From Lama glama (taxonomy: Eukaryota), in assembly GCA_028534125.1 (NCBI GenBank), contig CM052817.1:4404001-4468000 (forward strand): a stretch of DNA of 64,000 nucleotides. The letters are read 5' to 3'. This document shows positions 49,800-62,214 of this stretch, piece by piece. The notes under the pieces are model-generated. The model was not told the origin of the DNA. It saw only the letters and a program-made list of their open reading frames with translations, and made no database searches. Both the position numbers and the translations under genes were made by a program. Position 1 is the stretch's first letter. The number at the start of each line of letters is the position of its first letter.

Positions 49800-50920
49800 C
49801 AGACATTTATTGAGGGCTGCTCTGCCCCAGGCACTGTGCTAGGTGGTGGCGGAGAAAAGGAACAAAGCAGACACGATGCTTGTTCTCCAGGGGCTCACAG
49901 TCCCTGGGGAGTCACTAATCACCCCCACGATTGATTGTAAGTGGATTAGTGGTGCACAGTGCTTTGAACTGCAGGACAGAGGGCTCAGGGGAGGCTTCCC
50001 TGATGAAGTGGCATTTGTGCATCGATCTGAAAGATGAGTAGGCGTTGACTGGGTGTAGAGGGTGGGAAGGAAGAGAGCTCTGGGAAGCGGGAACAGCATG
50101 TGTAAAGGCCCTGTGGTATGAAACACATCTTGCATTTAAGAGACTTAAAGGAAGCCCATGAGGCAAGGGTGCAGAGACTGAGGGCAGGCATCCTGTGAGA
50201 TAAGGCTGGGAGGAGAGGATGGTACTGGGCCTCAATGGCCCAGGTGAGAATTTGGGTCTTTTTCTTAAGGGTGGTGAGCAGCCACTGAGGGATGTTAAGC
50301 AGAGGGTAAGATGATCTGTTTTAAAGAGACCAGAATAGTAGCCTAGGCTGCACGTGACAAGACCAGTGGGAGGCGATTACAGTAGTTCAGCTGTGAGATG
50401 AAGGTGTAGCCATGGAAGCAGACAGACGTGGGGAGCTCCAGGGGTGTGTCAGAGGCAAGTGGACAGCACTTGTTGACCCCTGGGCTCCGAGCTGGTGGAA
50501 CTGCAGGGCACCCTTGACAGCTGGGGTGGGGGTGGGGGACCAGGTTTGCCAGTGAGGGGGAGGAGGGGACGATGTTACATGAGGTTTTGGACACTTTATT
50601 TTCGAGGAGCCTTTGAGCCGTCCTGGTAGAGAGGTCAGGGAAACAGCTGAGTTCAGAGTTCTGTGGCCGAGGCGGGGTGATGCATTTTAGTGAGCAGCCG
50701 CATAGAAAGAACAGTTCTAGGACCAAGTCATAAGGAGTTGGATCACTTAGTGGCCAAGGAGAGGAGGAAGTCTCCAAGGAAACTGAAGGAAAAATGACCA
50801 CAGAAGCAGGACAAAAAGCCAGAAAGCTGTGTTGCCACGGAAGCCAGGGAGGAGTGAGTTTAAAGGAGGGAGCGATTCACTCTGCCCTGAGAGGTCAAGT
50901 AGGATGAGGACTGGAGGGTC
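49800..50920 (-). mobile_element. L2 LINE remnant
   Basis: Starts with the reversed L2 tail (acatttattgagggc...ccaggcactgtgctaggtg) and has internal L2 blocks (gggaacagcatgtgtaaaggccctg, gagaggtcaagtaggatgaggac). Confidence 0.7.
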
Positions 50921-51414
50921 GAATTAGCAAAGGCTGATGCTTCCGGTGGGCGGCGTGAGAGGGAGGGCGAGAGCAGAGACTGGTCTTTATAGACGTCTGA
51001 CTGTGAAGGGTGGGTGTTAGAGAAACAGGGCAGTAGCCAGAGAGATTTGCGAAGCTCAGTGAGGTTTAAAAGACAGGTGCCTCCCTTTGATCTGCTTTAC
51101 AGCTGAGATTTTTATTTGAGAAAAGGATGATGACGTTAATATTCCTTCAGTCTCTAAGCTCCTTTTCACCTTGCTGGTCTGTGTCCCCGAAGTCACATCG
51201 TGCAGCTGACGGGACTCTGGGAATCTTCTACTGCTTACGAGTTGTGTGACCTCGGGCAAATTTTTCTACCCTCTTTGAGCCTCAGTTTCTTCATCTGCAC
51301 AATGGGGATATTAGTATTCACTACACAGGATAGTAGTGAGGATTTGACGAGATCTTTATGTGAAACCTTTGTGGCAGTATCTGACACACAGAAAGCATTC
51401 GATAAGTAGTTGTC

Positions 51415-51715
51415 ATGATGATGGTGAAAATGACAGTAACAATGGTGGTGACGATGGTGGGAATGAAGACTGAAGGTGGTGGTGGCATGTCACTGCTGAT
51501 GGTTGTGGTAATCTTGGTGACCGTGATGGCGATGTTGATGCTGGTGGTGGTGGGAGTGATGACGGGAGGGTGGTGATGAGAGGGTGTTGATTTGGATGAT
51601 GTCAGTGGTGATGATGGTGATGATCGTGCTGATGACAGTGATGGGGTGACAGCGATGGTTATGATGACTACGCTGATATTGGAGGTGATGGTGGTGATGG
51701 GGGTCATGGTGATGA
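51415..51715. repeat. Degenerate (GAT/GGT)n trinucleotide low-complexity tract upstream of exon 4
   Basis: About 300 bp of gatggtggtgatgatg units, directly visible. Confidence 0.9.
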
Positions 51716-51781
51716 AGAGACTGCCATTGAAACAACTTGGGCCCTAAGCGTCCTAGAATGACACATGTTTTTCTGTCCCAG

Positions 51782-51946
51782 TTGACCATGTTGTCCCTGA
51801 ACCGGGGTCCAGCCTGCTGACCTCCTTTGAGAAATGGCACGAAGCAGCTGACACCAAATCCTGTTGCGACTACTCCCTGCACGTGGACATCACCAGCTGG
51901 TGCGACGGCGTTCGGGAGGAGCTGGAAGTGCTGGTGCAGGACAAAG
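51782..51946 (+). CDS. CRMP1: CRMP1 exon 4 ([55 protein letters not shown])
   Basis: Acceptor ttctgtcccag|TT, 165 nt, donor AAG|GTCAGT. The frame is continuous with exon 3 (phase 1). Confidence 0.97.
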
Positions 51947-54400
51947 GTCAGTGGCAGCTCCAGGATGGGGGCACAGTTCTGGAACACGTGTTTCTTCAGC
52001 GGGTCTGATCGTGTGGAGCTAAAAATCCCTGTATCTGCGTCTGCCGTGAGCCCAGCCGTGAGCTGTGCTCTTCTGCACAAACAGTGGGAAGACAGGACTC
52101 TCTTTCAGGAATCTGTCTTCTTTGCCTTCAGGCCCTTCGGCGGTTCCCCCGTTCGCAGAAGAAAGCCCAGTTTCCGTAGCCTGGCACACAAGCCCTCCCT
52201 GATCTCGCCTTACTTTTCTGTCTCTGCTGTAAACTCACCTGGCTGCTTATTATCCTGGAGCCACCCCCTGCAACCTCCTGTGCCTCTGGCCTTTGCTCTT
52301 GCTGTCTCCGCACCCACTAGCAGGGGTGCCCTTTCATCTGCCCTGCTACCCTGCTAAACTGTCACCCCCTGCAGTTGCCCCAGTCAGAGCTACTTTGTCC
52401 CCTGAGTACCCGTGGCAGGTTACTTTGGCCTCTTTGGGGCACCTTTTCCACTGCTCTTGGATGACAGGACACCCGTTGTCCGCCTGGCTCTTCTGTTAAA
52501 CCCTTAGCTTAGGAGGGAGGGGACTACGTCTGTGCCTCTCTGTGTCCCACCCTTCTGTGTGGGCTTGCGCCAGGTGTCTCTGCACAGTGTGGGTACTTTA
52601 CAGTGTGCATTACACCAGATGGAGGTGAGTTGAATGGAAGACACGTGGAAGCAAACACGAAGAAGACAGAATGAACCAGGTGTGAGTGGTCTGTCTGGAA
52701 AGGGGCAGTTCTGAGGCTGTCTGAGGAGGAAACCTCAAACGAATGAGATGCTTCAAGGAGAGACAGGGAAGGTGTTTTCAGTTTTTAAACTATATATGCT
52801 GTGTTTTCTCATTATCAAAGTATCATCCCCAAATTACAAAATAGTGAGAAAAGCAAGAGAAGATAATTTTTTTTCCTCTGACCCTACCCCCAGTCACCAC
52901 TTACCATTAATGTGAAGGATTATTGCTCTCCATTCCCCATCTATTTGGACGACTTTCTCCTCATATAGTTATATGTTAGCAGTTCTCTGGAATCCTTCTT
53001 TATTTACCTACCATGTTATGAGTAATCATTACTCTTCATTAAAAACTTTCTAATGGCTCGTTATATACAGTGTAATGGTTAATTTGCTTAGCCAATTCCT
53101 CTTTTTATTGGGCACTTAGGTTTTCTGTGTGCTTTATTGTGAGTCGTGTTTGGTGAACATCTCTGTATATAAACATTTGTTAGCATTTCTAATAATTTTC
53201 TTAGATTTCCAGAAATGGAGTTACAGGGTCAAGGTTTTAACATTTTTCAAGATTGTGACATTTACTGCCAAATTGCTTTCCCAAAAGACGCGCCTACGTG
53301 CATGCCCACAGCCCCGCGTCTCTCGTTCCCTGCATGTTTGCACCATTGGGTGTTATTGCTTCTATGAAGCCTTGCTAATTTGATGGGTAAAAGCCGGTCT
53401 CCCGTGGTGCACTGCCATTCTTTAGCTGCTGGTGACGTTAACCGTTTTACATCCGTTTCTCCTTTATGGGAATGGCCAGTGTGTTCCTTGTCCATTTACC
53501 AGCTCGGATTTCATTAAGTTTGAGCTTCTGCAGCCCGAAGGCTCTCTCCTTCCATTGAAGTTGCTGCAAATCACGCTCTTGTTTTGCACAGAATCATAGC
53601 CAAAGGGAATTGACAGTTTTGTGCCTTGCCTTCCACACCTAACGTGAAATCCTGAGCAGGTTTGCATGCTGCCCCTGCAGCTGCATCACACCAGTTTTAA
53701 CAGCCTGACTAAGGATGGGAACGTGGAGAGGGGCTGGGAGGAATGCAGGATTACAGAACGGTCGCAGAGAGCCCCGCAGCCCTGTCTCCTCTGGGTGGGG
53801 CTTTGTGGGTCATGTTCATTGCATCGAGCTGTTTTCTTCCCTTGGCTAGAAACTTACCAGGGGAAGACTTGGGGAAGTTTTTATGTGCACTCCTGGGTTT
53901 TGAGAGTCTAACTAGCATTGTAAAATGCTTTTTATTGGTGTAAGTTTCAGAATTAGTACCTGTTTATTAAAACAATATGGAAGTGTTTACACTAAACAGT
54001 GATTCATTGGTGTCTGTATTTCCAGGCATTTTTCCACTTTGTACATGCATATATAAACACTTGGAATATGTATATACATATTCTGTATACGCACTCAGGT
54101 ATTCCTAAGTTTTACGTAAATGAAATTATAATACACATAATACGCTGCAGTATGCCTTTTTCTTACTCAATAAAATGTCATAGACAATCAGACTCCCTCC
54201 ACGTAGCAGCTGTGTGACCTTGGGCCATTCACTCAACCTCTCTGTGCCTCCGTTTTCCCAACTGGAAAATGAAGATAATAAAAAAGGTTGTTTCACAGGT
54301 CAAATGAGTAGATACATGTAAAATGCTTATAGAACACTGCTGGCCTGTGGTCAGGATTCTGTATTACAAGCTATTAATTTGTTATTATTTCACGTCAGTA

Positions 54401-55822
54401 TGTTAGTGGATGTGATGCAGGAAAACAGATGTGGGGCGTGAGCAGGGCCGTGTCCCAGGCTTCGGTTGAGCCCCTGGGACATGCCCGCCAAGTGTGGGTC
54501 CTTGGCTTTGCGCAGGAAAGTATTCAAGAGCGAGCCACAGTTGAGTGAAGGTAGGTTTACACAGAGAGATACGTTGAAAGGCAAGAGAAAGGCCACGAGG
54601 TGTGGGGGTTGGGTGCTCAGATGAAAGTAGGTACACACTCCACAGACAGAGTGCGGGCCGTCTCCCAAGAGGGAGAGAGCGGCGGCCGCGAGGCATCGTG
54701 TTGCTGGTTTTTACGCGCTTGGTGGCTTCATATGCTAATAAGTGGAAGGACCAGTCTAAGGGGAAGGGGCTGGGATTCCCGGGAAGTTGGCCATTTCCCA
54801 CCCTTTGACCTTTGGTTGCTAGCCCTGGGACTGCCATGGCGCCTGGGGGCGTGTTATTCACCATGTTAATGTATTACAAGGGGGCGTAGAATGAAGCTCA
54901 AGATCTGCTAGAAGTTAAATAAATCTCTTCATCTTGAGCCTCAGGCCTCCTGGGGGTTGAGTCTTTCACCATTTTGATGTTAACTACTGTGGCCGTCCTG
55001 GAGTGGCTGTGCCCTGCCCTCTTCCTGTGTCAGACAGAGGGTCCCCTAAATTAGGAAGCCCCCCAAAGGGTGGGTCCTTGCCACGAGCTGTGAAGGAATC
55101 TGAGCAGCAGGAGCAGAGGGATGAAGTGAAGAGCCGTTTCATTGCTCAGAAGAGGGAAAGGAAGGAAAGGCGCTCAAGCCGGAGAAGGAAAGAGAGGCGC
55201 TCGCAGGAGGAGCTGTCAGCCCAGGCTGCCGGTAGACGCAGCTCCGGCCCGGGTCGGGCCACGTGGACTTCTATGGGAGGTTTCCGCCGTCATGTCCTCG
55301 TTCTGGGTGTGCTGGAGCCAATCGCCTTTCTTTTCTGGCCTCGTATGTGGGCTTTTCCGGTTGTTGTCATGGCGATTGTCAACTGTCATGGCGCTGGTGG
55401 GGTGTCACTTAGCATGCATCACACTGACCGTGTAACGAGGCTCAAGGTCCCCTGGAAGTCAAATCCTCTGCCCTCTTGGGCTTCGCAGGTTCCAACCAAT
55501 CTTGTTTCTTCTCTTTGACTCCTGAGACTTGACTGGTTTCTAAGAGCAGTTGGTTTCTATTTGAAGGAGCGGCAGGGGTATGATCCTGGGACGACAGCTT
55601 TGGTAACCAGGACCTTGCCCCAAGGCTGCACTATGGTGTCTTGGTCGTTCCGCCCCGTTTCTGCCTTCCCTCCCTTCCCTGGTTAGCAGCTGTTTGAATC
55701 TGCCCTTTGGAACTCAGGGAAGGTCAAGGAGCCCGAATGAAGCCTATTTTCTACAAACAAGAAACAGGGAACAAGGGGAGATTTGTGCCAGGAAGGCTCC
55801 CACAGGGTCCTGCTCAGTATCG
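54401..55822 (-). mobile_element. Outer ERV1-like solo LTR with a second LTR (54413-55032) inserted 12 bp inside its end
   Basis: Outer TSD agta/atta. The inner element has TG...CA termini with TSD gatg/gaca, and U5 and polyA-like motifs lie on the minus strand. Confidence 0.72.
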
Positions 55823-55917
55823 ATTACGAATCTCGTTTCTCATAAGACCTCCAGAATTTTCAGTTTTTAAGGAGATACTGAGTTGATCTGTCTCCTATTG
55901 GTGAACTTTAAAAAATT

Positions 55918-56800
55918 GTGTTGTCAGGGCTCCCAGGGAACAAATTCTGAGGCAGAGCTTGGCCTGCAGGGAGTGAGTGTGTATCAGCGTCCTATTGTTA
56001 CTGTAATAAACCCACCAGGGGATGGTTTAAAACCATGCAGATGACCATTCTGGACGTCAGGAATCTGAAATGAATCTCATAGGCTAAAATCAAGGTGTCG
56101 GCAGGACACGTTTCTTCTAGAGGCTCCAGGGCGCAGGCTGCCCGCATTCCTTGGCCCGCGGCCCCACGTCATTCCAGCCTCTGCTTTATATATATATTAA
56201 ATTGATGTACAGTCAGTTATAATGTGTCAGTTTCCGGCGTACAGCACAGTGTCCCAGTCATGCTTGTACATACATATATCTGTTTTCATATTCCAGCTTC
56301 TGCTTCTGTCATCACATCTCTGATCCTGGTGGTTACATTGATCCCACCCACATAATCCAGGGTGATCTCCCATCTCAGGGTCCTTAACCTAATTCCACCT
56401 GCAGAGCCTCTTTGCCTGGGAGGGACGTATTCACAGGTCCTGGGGATTCAGGGCATGGACATCTTTAGGGCACCATTATTCTGCCTCAGAATCAACCCTT
56501 ATGAGCGAGACAAAGGCAGTGGGATTGGCTGCAGGGCGCTCTGAAACCTGGGTGACCTTCAGGTTTATTCTGAGGAAGGGCAAGGGGACAGGGACTTCAC
56601 ACCCTGCGGGGACCAGGCGTTGGGTGTGGCCCCTCTGGGAAGAGGCGTGACCTTGAGTTGGGTGGCTCTCTTCATGGAAGGTGACTCATATGGCTGTGGG
56701 CTATCCGCTGGCCTCTCTCCCAGCTGCGGGAGGAGGGAGCTGGGGAGAAGTCCTTCCTTCCTGACGGGGGATCTTGGGGTTCATCCCAGCACTTACAACA
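55918..56800 (-). mobile_element. LTR33-like ERVL LTR containing an MLT1 (55980-56490), which contains an L1 tail (56187-56289)
   Basis: LTR33-type ends and MLT1 blocks. The L1 tail is flanked by the 16-bp TSD attccagc(c/t)tctgctt. Confidence 0.65.
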
Positions 56801-57239
56801 GGCTGTTTCCCACTGTTTGCTATTTCTAACTTGTTGTAGGGGAGCGTCTTTGTAAAGATGCCCATGTTTGCTGGTGCAGTGATGGCTTCCAGGAGCACCG
56901 CCTGGTGGGAGTGAGCTCGGCTGGCTCCACTGACGTGCACCAGGCGGGCGAGTCCTGGGCTGGTCTGTCTCTGACTTGGTTTTGTCTTCTGGGACCGGGA
57001 AGCTTTGCTGTTCTCTCGCTCACACAGGTGCACAGTGAAACGACTTGTCAGGGGCCTTGCAGGAAGCAGCAGGTTGTAGAAAGATCCCAGCAGTCGGGCT
57101 GCCATCTTGACCGTGTGACACTGGGCAAGTCACCAAGCTGACCTCTCTGCAGCTCACCCGGTGGCCCCTCATCCATAGTGTCAGAGCTTTGGTACCAGGT
57201 GTGAGACCCCCAGTCTGAGCTTGGTGTTAATTTTTGAGT

Positions 57240-58265
57240 CAAAAGAAGGAAACAACCCAAATATGCATCACAGAATAAACAAACATGGTCCATCTGTACA
57301 ATGGAATGTTACTCAGCCTTGGAAAGGAAGGGATTTCTGACACAGGCTGCGGTGTAGATGAACCTGGAGGACATTATGTCATGTGAAAATAAGCCAGTCA
57401 CAAAAGACAAATGCTGGACTGCATTCATATGAGGTGCCTAGAGCCGTCCAGTTCACAGAGAGAGAGTGGAAGGGTGGGTGCCGGGGCTGGGGGAGGGGGA
57501 ATGGGGAGTTAATGTTTCTGGGGACAGAGCTTCAGTTTTGCCAAGATGAAGAGTTCTGGACATGGAAACCCCACAGTGTGAACGCATTTAATGCCACTGT
57601 GTTCGCAGATGGAGGGACCCCAAACTGGAAAGCCTGCCAGACGTGAGGGCAAACCCCTGCCCCTCGACCGCCCCTAGACGTGTTGGTCCTTGGCTGCCGA
57701 CTGAGAAAGAATTCTCAGTAGAGGCAGAGGGACAGAGTGGAAGGAAAGCTGCTTTACTGATCAGAGGGAGGAAGAAAAATGAAAGAAAGAAAGAAAGAAA
57801 GAGAACACTTGAGTAGGGGAGCCGTCGGCCAGGTAGCCGTTGAGACAGCTTCAGCCCCTGATCCGGCCCCGGGATCTTTTACTGGAAGCCTCTGCCAACG
57901 TTGTCTTCACTGTGGTGGTGTCAGTCACCTTCTGTTACTGGCTCCTTCCTCCCGTGGAGCTCAGCCCTAAAAGAGAAACTTTGGTGGGAGAAAGAACAAA
58001 GAAAGAGATACCGGGATATGTCCTTGGGATCAATGCAGCAGTTATGGGACATAAAATGTCTTATTTTTTGGCTGTGTCCTTGGAACCAAGTAGCCAGCTG
58101 CAGGATGAAACAAAATGTCCTGTTTTTCACCAGCCTGGCAATTTCTCCCCTTGTGGATAGCTAGCCAGGGTCAGTACGCCTGTCTAATCACCTCTCTCAA
58201 ATGCACTGTACACTTACAAATGGCTAAGATGGCCAATTTTACATAAGGTGTGTTTTACCACAACT
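57240..58265 (+). mobile_element. L1M 3' end interrupted by a solo LTR
   Basis: L1 ORF2-end and 3'UTR motifs (aatggaatgttactcagcc, gaaaataagccagtcacaaaagacaaat, aatgccactg...ctgtacactta). Confidence 0.8.
57600..58199 (-). mobile_element. Solo ERV1-like LTR (600 bp)
   Basis: TG...CA termini, TSD actg/aatg and a minus-strand AGTAAA. Its terminus resembles that of the outer LTR at 54401. Confidence 0.7.
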
Positions 58266-58765
58266 GAGAGAAATCAGCGGTTCCTCATTTGCTCCCTACA
58301 TTGGATGGGCACTCTGGTGTGGGCTCAGCTGGGCGGCTCTGCGGGCCACACCGAGGCTCTCGTGCCTTGGGCCCCAGCTGGGGCAGCTCTATCCACCGCC
58401 CCTTCCCAGCAGCTCTCGTGGGCTGCTTCTCCCTGCTGGCCCCACGAGGGGGAGGCTGGAGCTGCAGGCACCCCGAGGCCCAGGCTTGGAAGTGTCCGCT
58501 GACACTTTTGCTTTGTTCTGCTGACTGGAGCCAGTCTCGAGACCAGCCCACGTTCAGGGAGAGGGGAAAGAGACTCTGGCTCTTGGTGGGAGTTGCTGCA
58601 AAAGTTTTGTGAAACTAAAAATATTTACCCCTGCTTAACTTCTTACTGCCTCCTGTTTCTCTGGGAAGTTTTCTTATTTTTTGTTTGTTCGTTGCTCATT
58701 CCCACTAGAATGTAGACGGGGATCCACCCCACCTTCTTCACAGCTTTATCTCTAGCTTCTAGAAT

Positions 58766-59280
58766 TGTTACCGAGTCCAAATTCTTTCTGCTCGCTGCAT
58801 GATAGGCCAGTAAATCAGGAGATGAGGTGTTGGGACAAGGAATAATGACTTTTTTCAGATAGCCAGCCGACTGAGAAGATGGGAAACTAACGTCCTGGAG
58901 AACCGTCTCCCCCAAGTCAGAATTCAGGCTCCTTTTATACTAAAAAGGAGAGGGGTTGTGGTTGGTTGGTGCAAACTTCTTGGTGTCAGAATCCTTTGTT
59001 CTTGCAGCTGTCCACGTGGGTCAGGTCACGATGTTTCTGTAAACCTCCAACAAGACAAGTGTTCTCTGTTCTGTGACTTTTTATCTCCATGAGTGGGAAA
59101 GTGTTACACCTTTAAAGATCAGAGCCTTGAGAAGGAGCTCTCCTGTGTATTTCAGGCTCTGGGCAAGATTCTTTTACAAAAGGTGCCAAACCAGCACGAC
59201 AGAGCCCAGGAGACTGAGCACAGGGTTAGAGCCAGGGGAACAGAGCTAACATGGAGTCAGATTGGTTCTTCCCTATTACA
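58766..59280 (-). mobile_element. Solo ERV1-like LTR inserted in an L2 3' end
   Basis: Termini tgttaccgagtcc...ccctattaca and a minus-strand TATA (ttttatac). The flanks rejoin into an L2 tail. Confidence 0.75.
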
Positions 59281-61653
59281 TAACGGTGCTCGCACGTTAA
59301 GTTCTCAGTAAATATTTGATGAGTGGGAAAAAAAATATTCCATGAAGAAGGGCTTATGGGGTCTAATAACTTTGCAAAAGCTTCCTGTTTAGTCCCTTCT
59401 TGAATATTCTTAACGCGCATTATCATGTTAAAATCTGCAAGAAGCCCTGGAGTCAAGAAAAGTGTTGGTTGCTGATGAATCCAGTTTTCCTTCACCAATA
59501 CAGATATCAACATCCCTATTTTGATTACAAACAAGAGACTCACCCCAGAGTCTGGCAAATAATGCAGATTTGCTTTAGTGGTAGAGGCGTGTGTCCAAGG
59601 ACCCCATGCCAGGGGGTCCCCTGTGCTCAGCCCTACTTCCCTCTTTCAGCCAGCTCTGCCCTCCCTTCCCCCTTGACCTGCATTCTCACTCTCCCATGGT
59701 GGAATGCAGCAGCCCACGCTTTGTCTGGGGCTGGGTGGACATCTGCTTCATAGATTAGTCAGGTGTCCTTTGGTATCACTTGGACTCGGTCCCTCCTCCT
59801 GGCTCAGCTTAGCATCTGTTAGGCGCCCAGCCCTAGACTAACCATCTGTGATCTGTGGCCACGTGGTCTGAACGTGGCTGTTTCCGAGGTTACTGGATGG
59901 ATGGGGAAGATGGCATTTGCTAGCTGATGTAAGGAAGTTCTGAGAACTGGGGGGTACTAGGAGTGGGCTGGCAACCCGATGGGCGTTCAGCACAATCCTT
60001 TAGAATTGGCATTCCATGCAGCCTCCTTGTAGAAACACTGTGATGATGGCTTTTATGAATTTGGGAGGTTTTGTGAGCATCAGGATCTATTGTATTTCCC
60101 AAGGCTCTACTGTCAGTAGTAGAATTATCAGGCCAAGGACGTGGAAGCATGTACAACTCTTGATAGTGAATGCTTAAATGCTTAATTGGTTTTCCAAGCA
60201 GGTGCAAATTGGCTGTGCCAGTTTTCACTGTCACTTGCTGCATAAGAGGGACTCATTTTAATGCACATTCACTAGCACTGAGCAACATACTCTAAAATTT
60301 GGTACCATACTGAGGTTTTCATCTGAATCATTTGATTACAAATAAGACTTAATCTTGTTCTTTTTATTTGTTAGCCATTTAAAAAAATTTGTCTAAAGAT
60401 TCTGTGTGCCTTTTTTGCTTCTTTGCTTTTATTTTAATCTTTTAAATACAAAATCAGACAGATACAGAAAATTACACAAGTGAAAAATGTGGCTTTAGGA
60501 ATTATGAGATTACTCTCCCCAGGTAAGAAATGGAAAAACTTTGCCCCAAACAGAGACCCCCCCAGCAGACCCCTCATGGGCTCCATTGCATCTAGTATTT
60601 TTTAAATAAGAGGTTTTTGGGTTTTTTTTTAAAAAAACCTTTGTTAAATTTATTTCAGATTTGTTTACCATGTTGGTTGCTTGCTTTTTGAGTTTTTAAG
60701 AATTAACTTACAGAAGTTTTCCATTTATAACAAGTCAACTTTTTCATAATTTTGATAAGCTTCTAATCTGAGATAGCTTTACCCCATCCACCCACCCACC
60801 CAGAAGGGCCAGTTCTAAGGCATATTTATTAATCTGCCATTTCATTATTTCTGCTTTCATTTGTATTGTTTACTTTTAACTTCTGATAAATTTCCATTTT
60901 CTTCTTTTAAAAATTCTTATTGTAGAAGCTTACTCAGCTGATACATGCTTCCCTTCTCCTTGAAAAATTAATGAAGCGTGTAAGGCTATGAATTTTCCTC
61001 TCACTATGGTTTTACCTGTTCACTCGTTGATACTTCTTCTGTCTGTATACACTGAGGTTTTTTTGTATATAAGTATGCTTGAGTACATAGAGGCTGATAC
61101 TTTAATGGTAATCTTGGAATATTATTTTTTCTTTTAATTTTCCCTAATATTTTGGGAAAAGAAATATTTGGTGCCAAGGTTTTCTAGACAAGAAGCAATT
61201 TTGGGCTGGTGTTCACTATTATTTAGTATAAAAGTAGTCTCAGTCCCGTTTAGTACTTTTGCCTTAATTTTTTCTTTTTCTTACCCAAACGATTCCTGAT
61301 TCCATCAACAAACATTAATTGCAAAGCACCTGCTGTGAACATGCAAGGTGAAATAATATATGAGATGTGGTCCCTGTCCTCAAGCCACTTGAAGTCATAT
61401 TAGGGAGCAGCCCTCCCCCCACCTCCCCTGCTCCCCTCTGGCTGCACAATGAGTCCTGTCATTTCAACCTTTTCACATCCTCACCCCTCCCCATCCCTGG
61501 AGCTCCCTGCACGCTCAGGGCCTCTGACCACCTGTCGCTTTTGTCTTTAGCATCCTCCAACTTATCTCCATTTCTGCACACCCAGCCACCTTCCAGAACA
61601 GTCCTTCTGAGACAAAAAAGTCTGTTATTCCTTTGCTTTAAAAGCATATGTTC

Positions 61654-61775
61654 TACTAGACAGTAGTGATGGCTGTGCAATGGGCAATGAATGCCTCTGA
61701 ACTGTATGCTTTAAAATAGGTATGATGGTGAACTTTGTGTATTTCATCATAATAAAAAATATAAGGGATTTTTTA
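61654..61775 (+). mobile_element. Short L1M 3' end insertion
   Basis: L1 3'UTR with AATAAA, flanked by the 14-bp TSD aaaagca(t/c)atgttc at 61640-61653 and 61776-61789. Confidence 0.7.
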
Positions 61776-62152
61776 AAAAGCACATGTTCCTTTGGCTTCA
61801 GCCACAAAGCACTTCCCAGTAGCTGTACACCTGCTGTCTTTTCATCTTCCTTAATGTCCATGCCACGCACATCCCTCCCTCTCAGCGCGGGTAGTTCCCT
61901 TCCCCCTCCTCCCCCTCCCCTCCACCCCTTCCTCTTCCTTCCCTTTCAGACTCAGCTTACACGTGACCTTCCTCGAGCCCTCCTTGGACCCTCACCCACG
62001 CCCCCAGGTTGGCTTGGGTGCCCCCACTGTGAATTCTGATGATGCCCTTCTGTCTTGGTTGTTACCAATTTGTACTGTGATTGTCAATTTACTGGAAAGG
62101 CATGTTCTTTTTTCTTAATTGCATTTTTCTACTCTCTTTTATCTTGAAACAG

Positions 62153-62214
62153 GCGTCAATTCCTTCCAAGTCTACATGGCCTATAAGGATCTCTACCAGA
62201 TGTCTGATAGCCAG
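62153..62214 (+). CDS. CRMP1: CRMP1 exon 5 (GVNSFQVYMAYKDLYQMSDSQ); the gene continues beyond the window
   Basis: Long pyrimidine tract and acceptor aaacag|GC, 62 nt, donor CAG|GTAGGT. The frame is continuous with exon 4. Confidence 0.96.

Noticed and set aside
51321..52080. Minus-strand His/Thr/Ile-rich ORFs (128 aa and 196 aa)
   Set aside because: They are by-products of the stop-free (CAT/CAC)n low-complexity tract and antisense overlap with exon 4, with no gene structure.
55003..55518. 171-aa ORF inside the LTR cluster as a possible retroviral gene
   Set aside because: It lies within solo-LTR sequence, with no gag, pol or env motifs, PBS or internal region seen.
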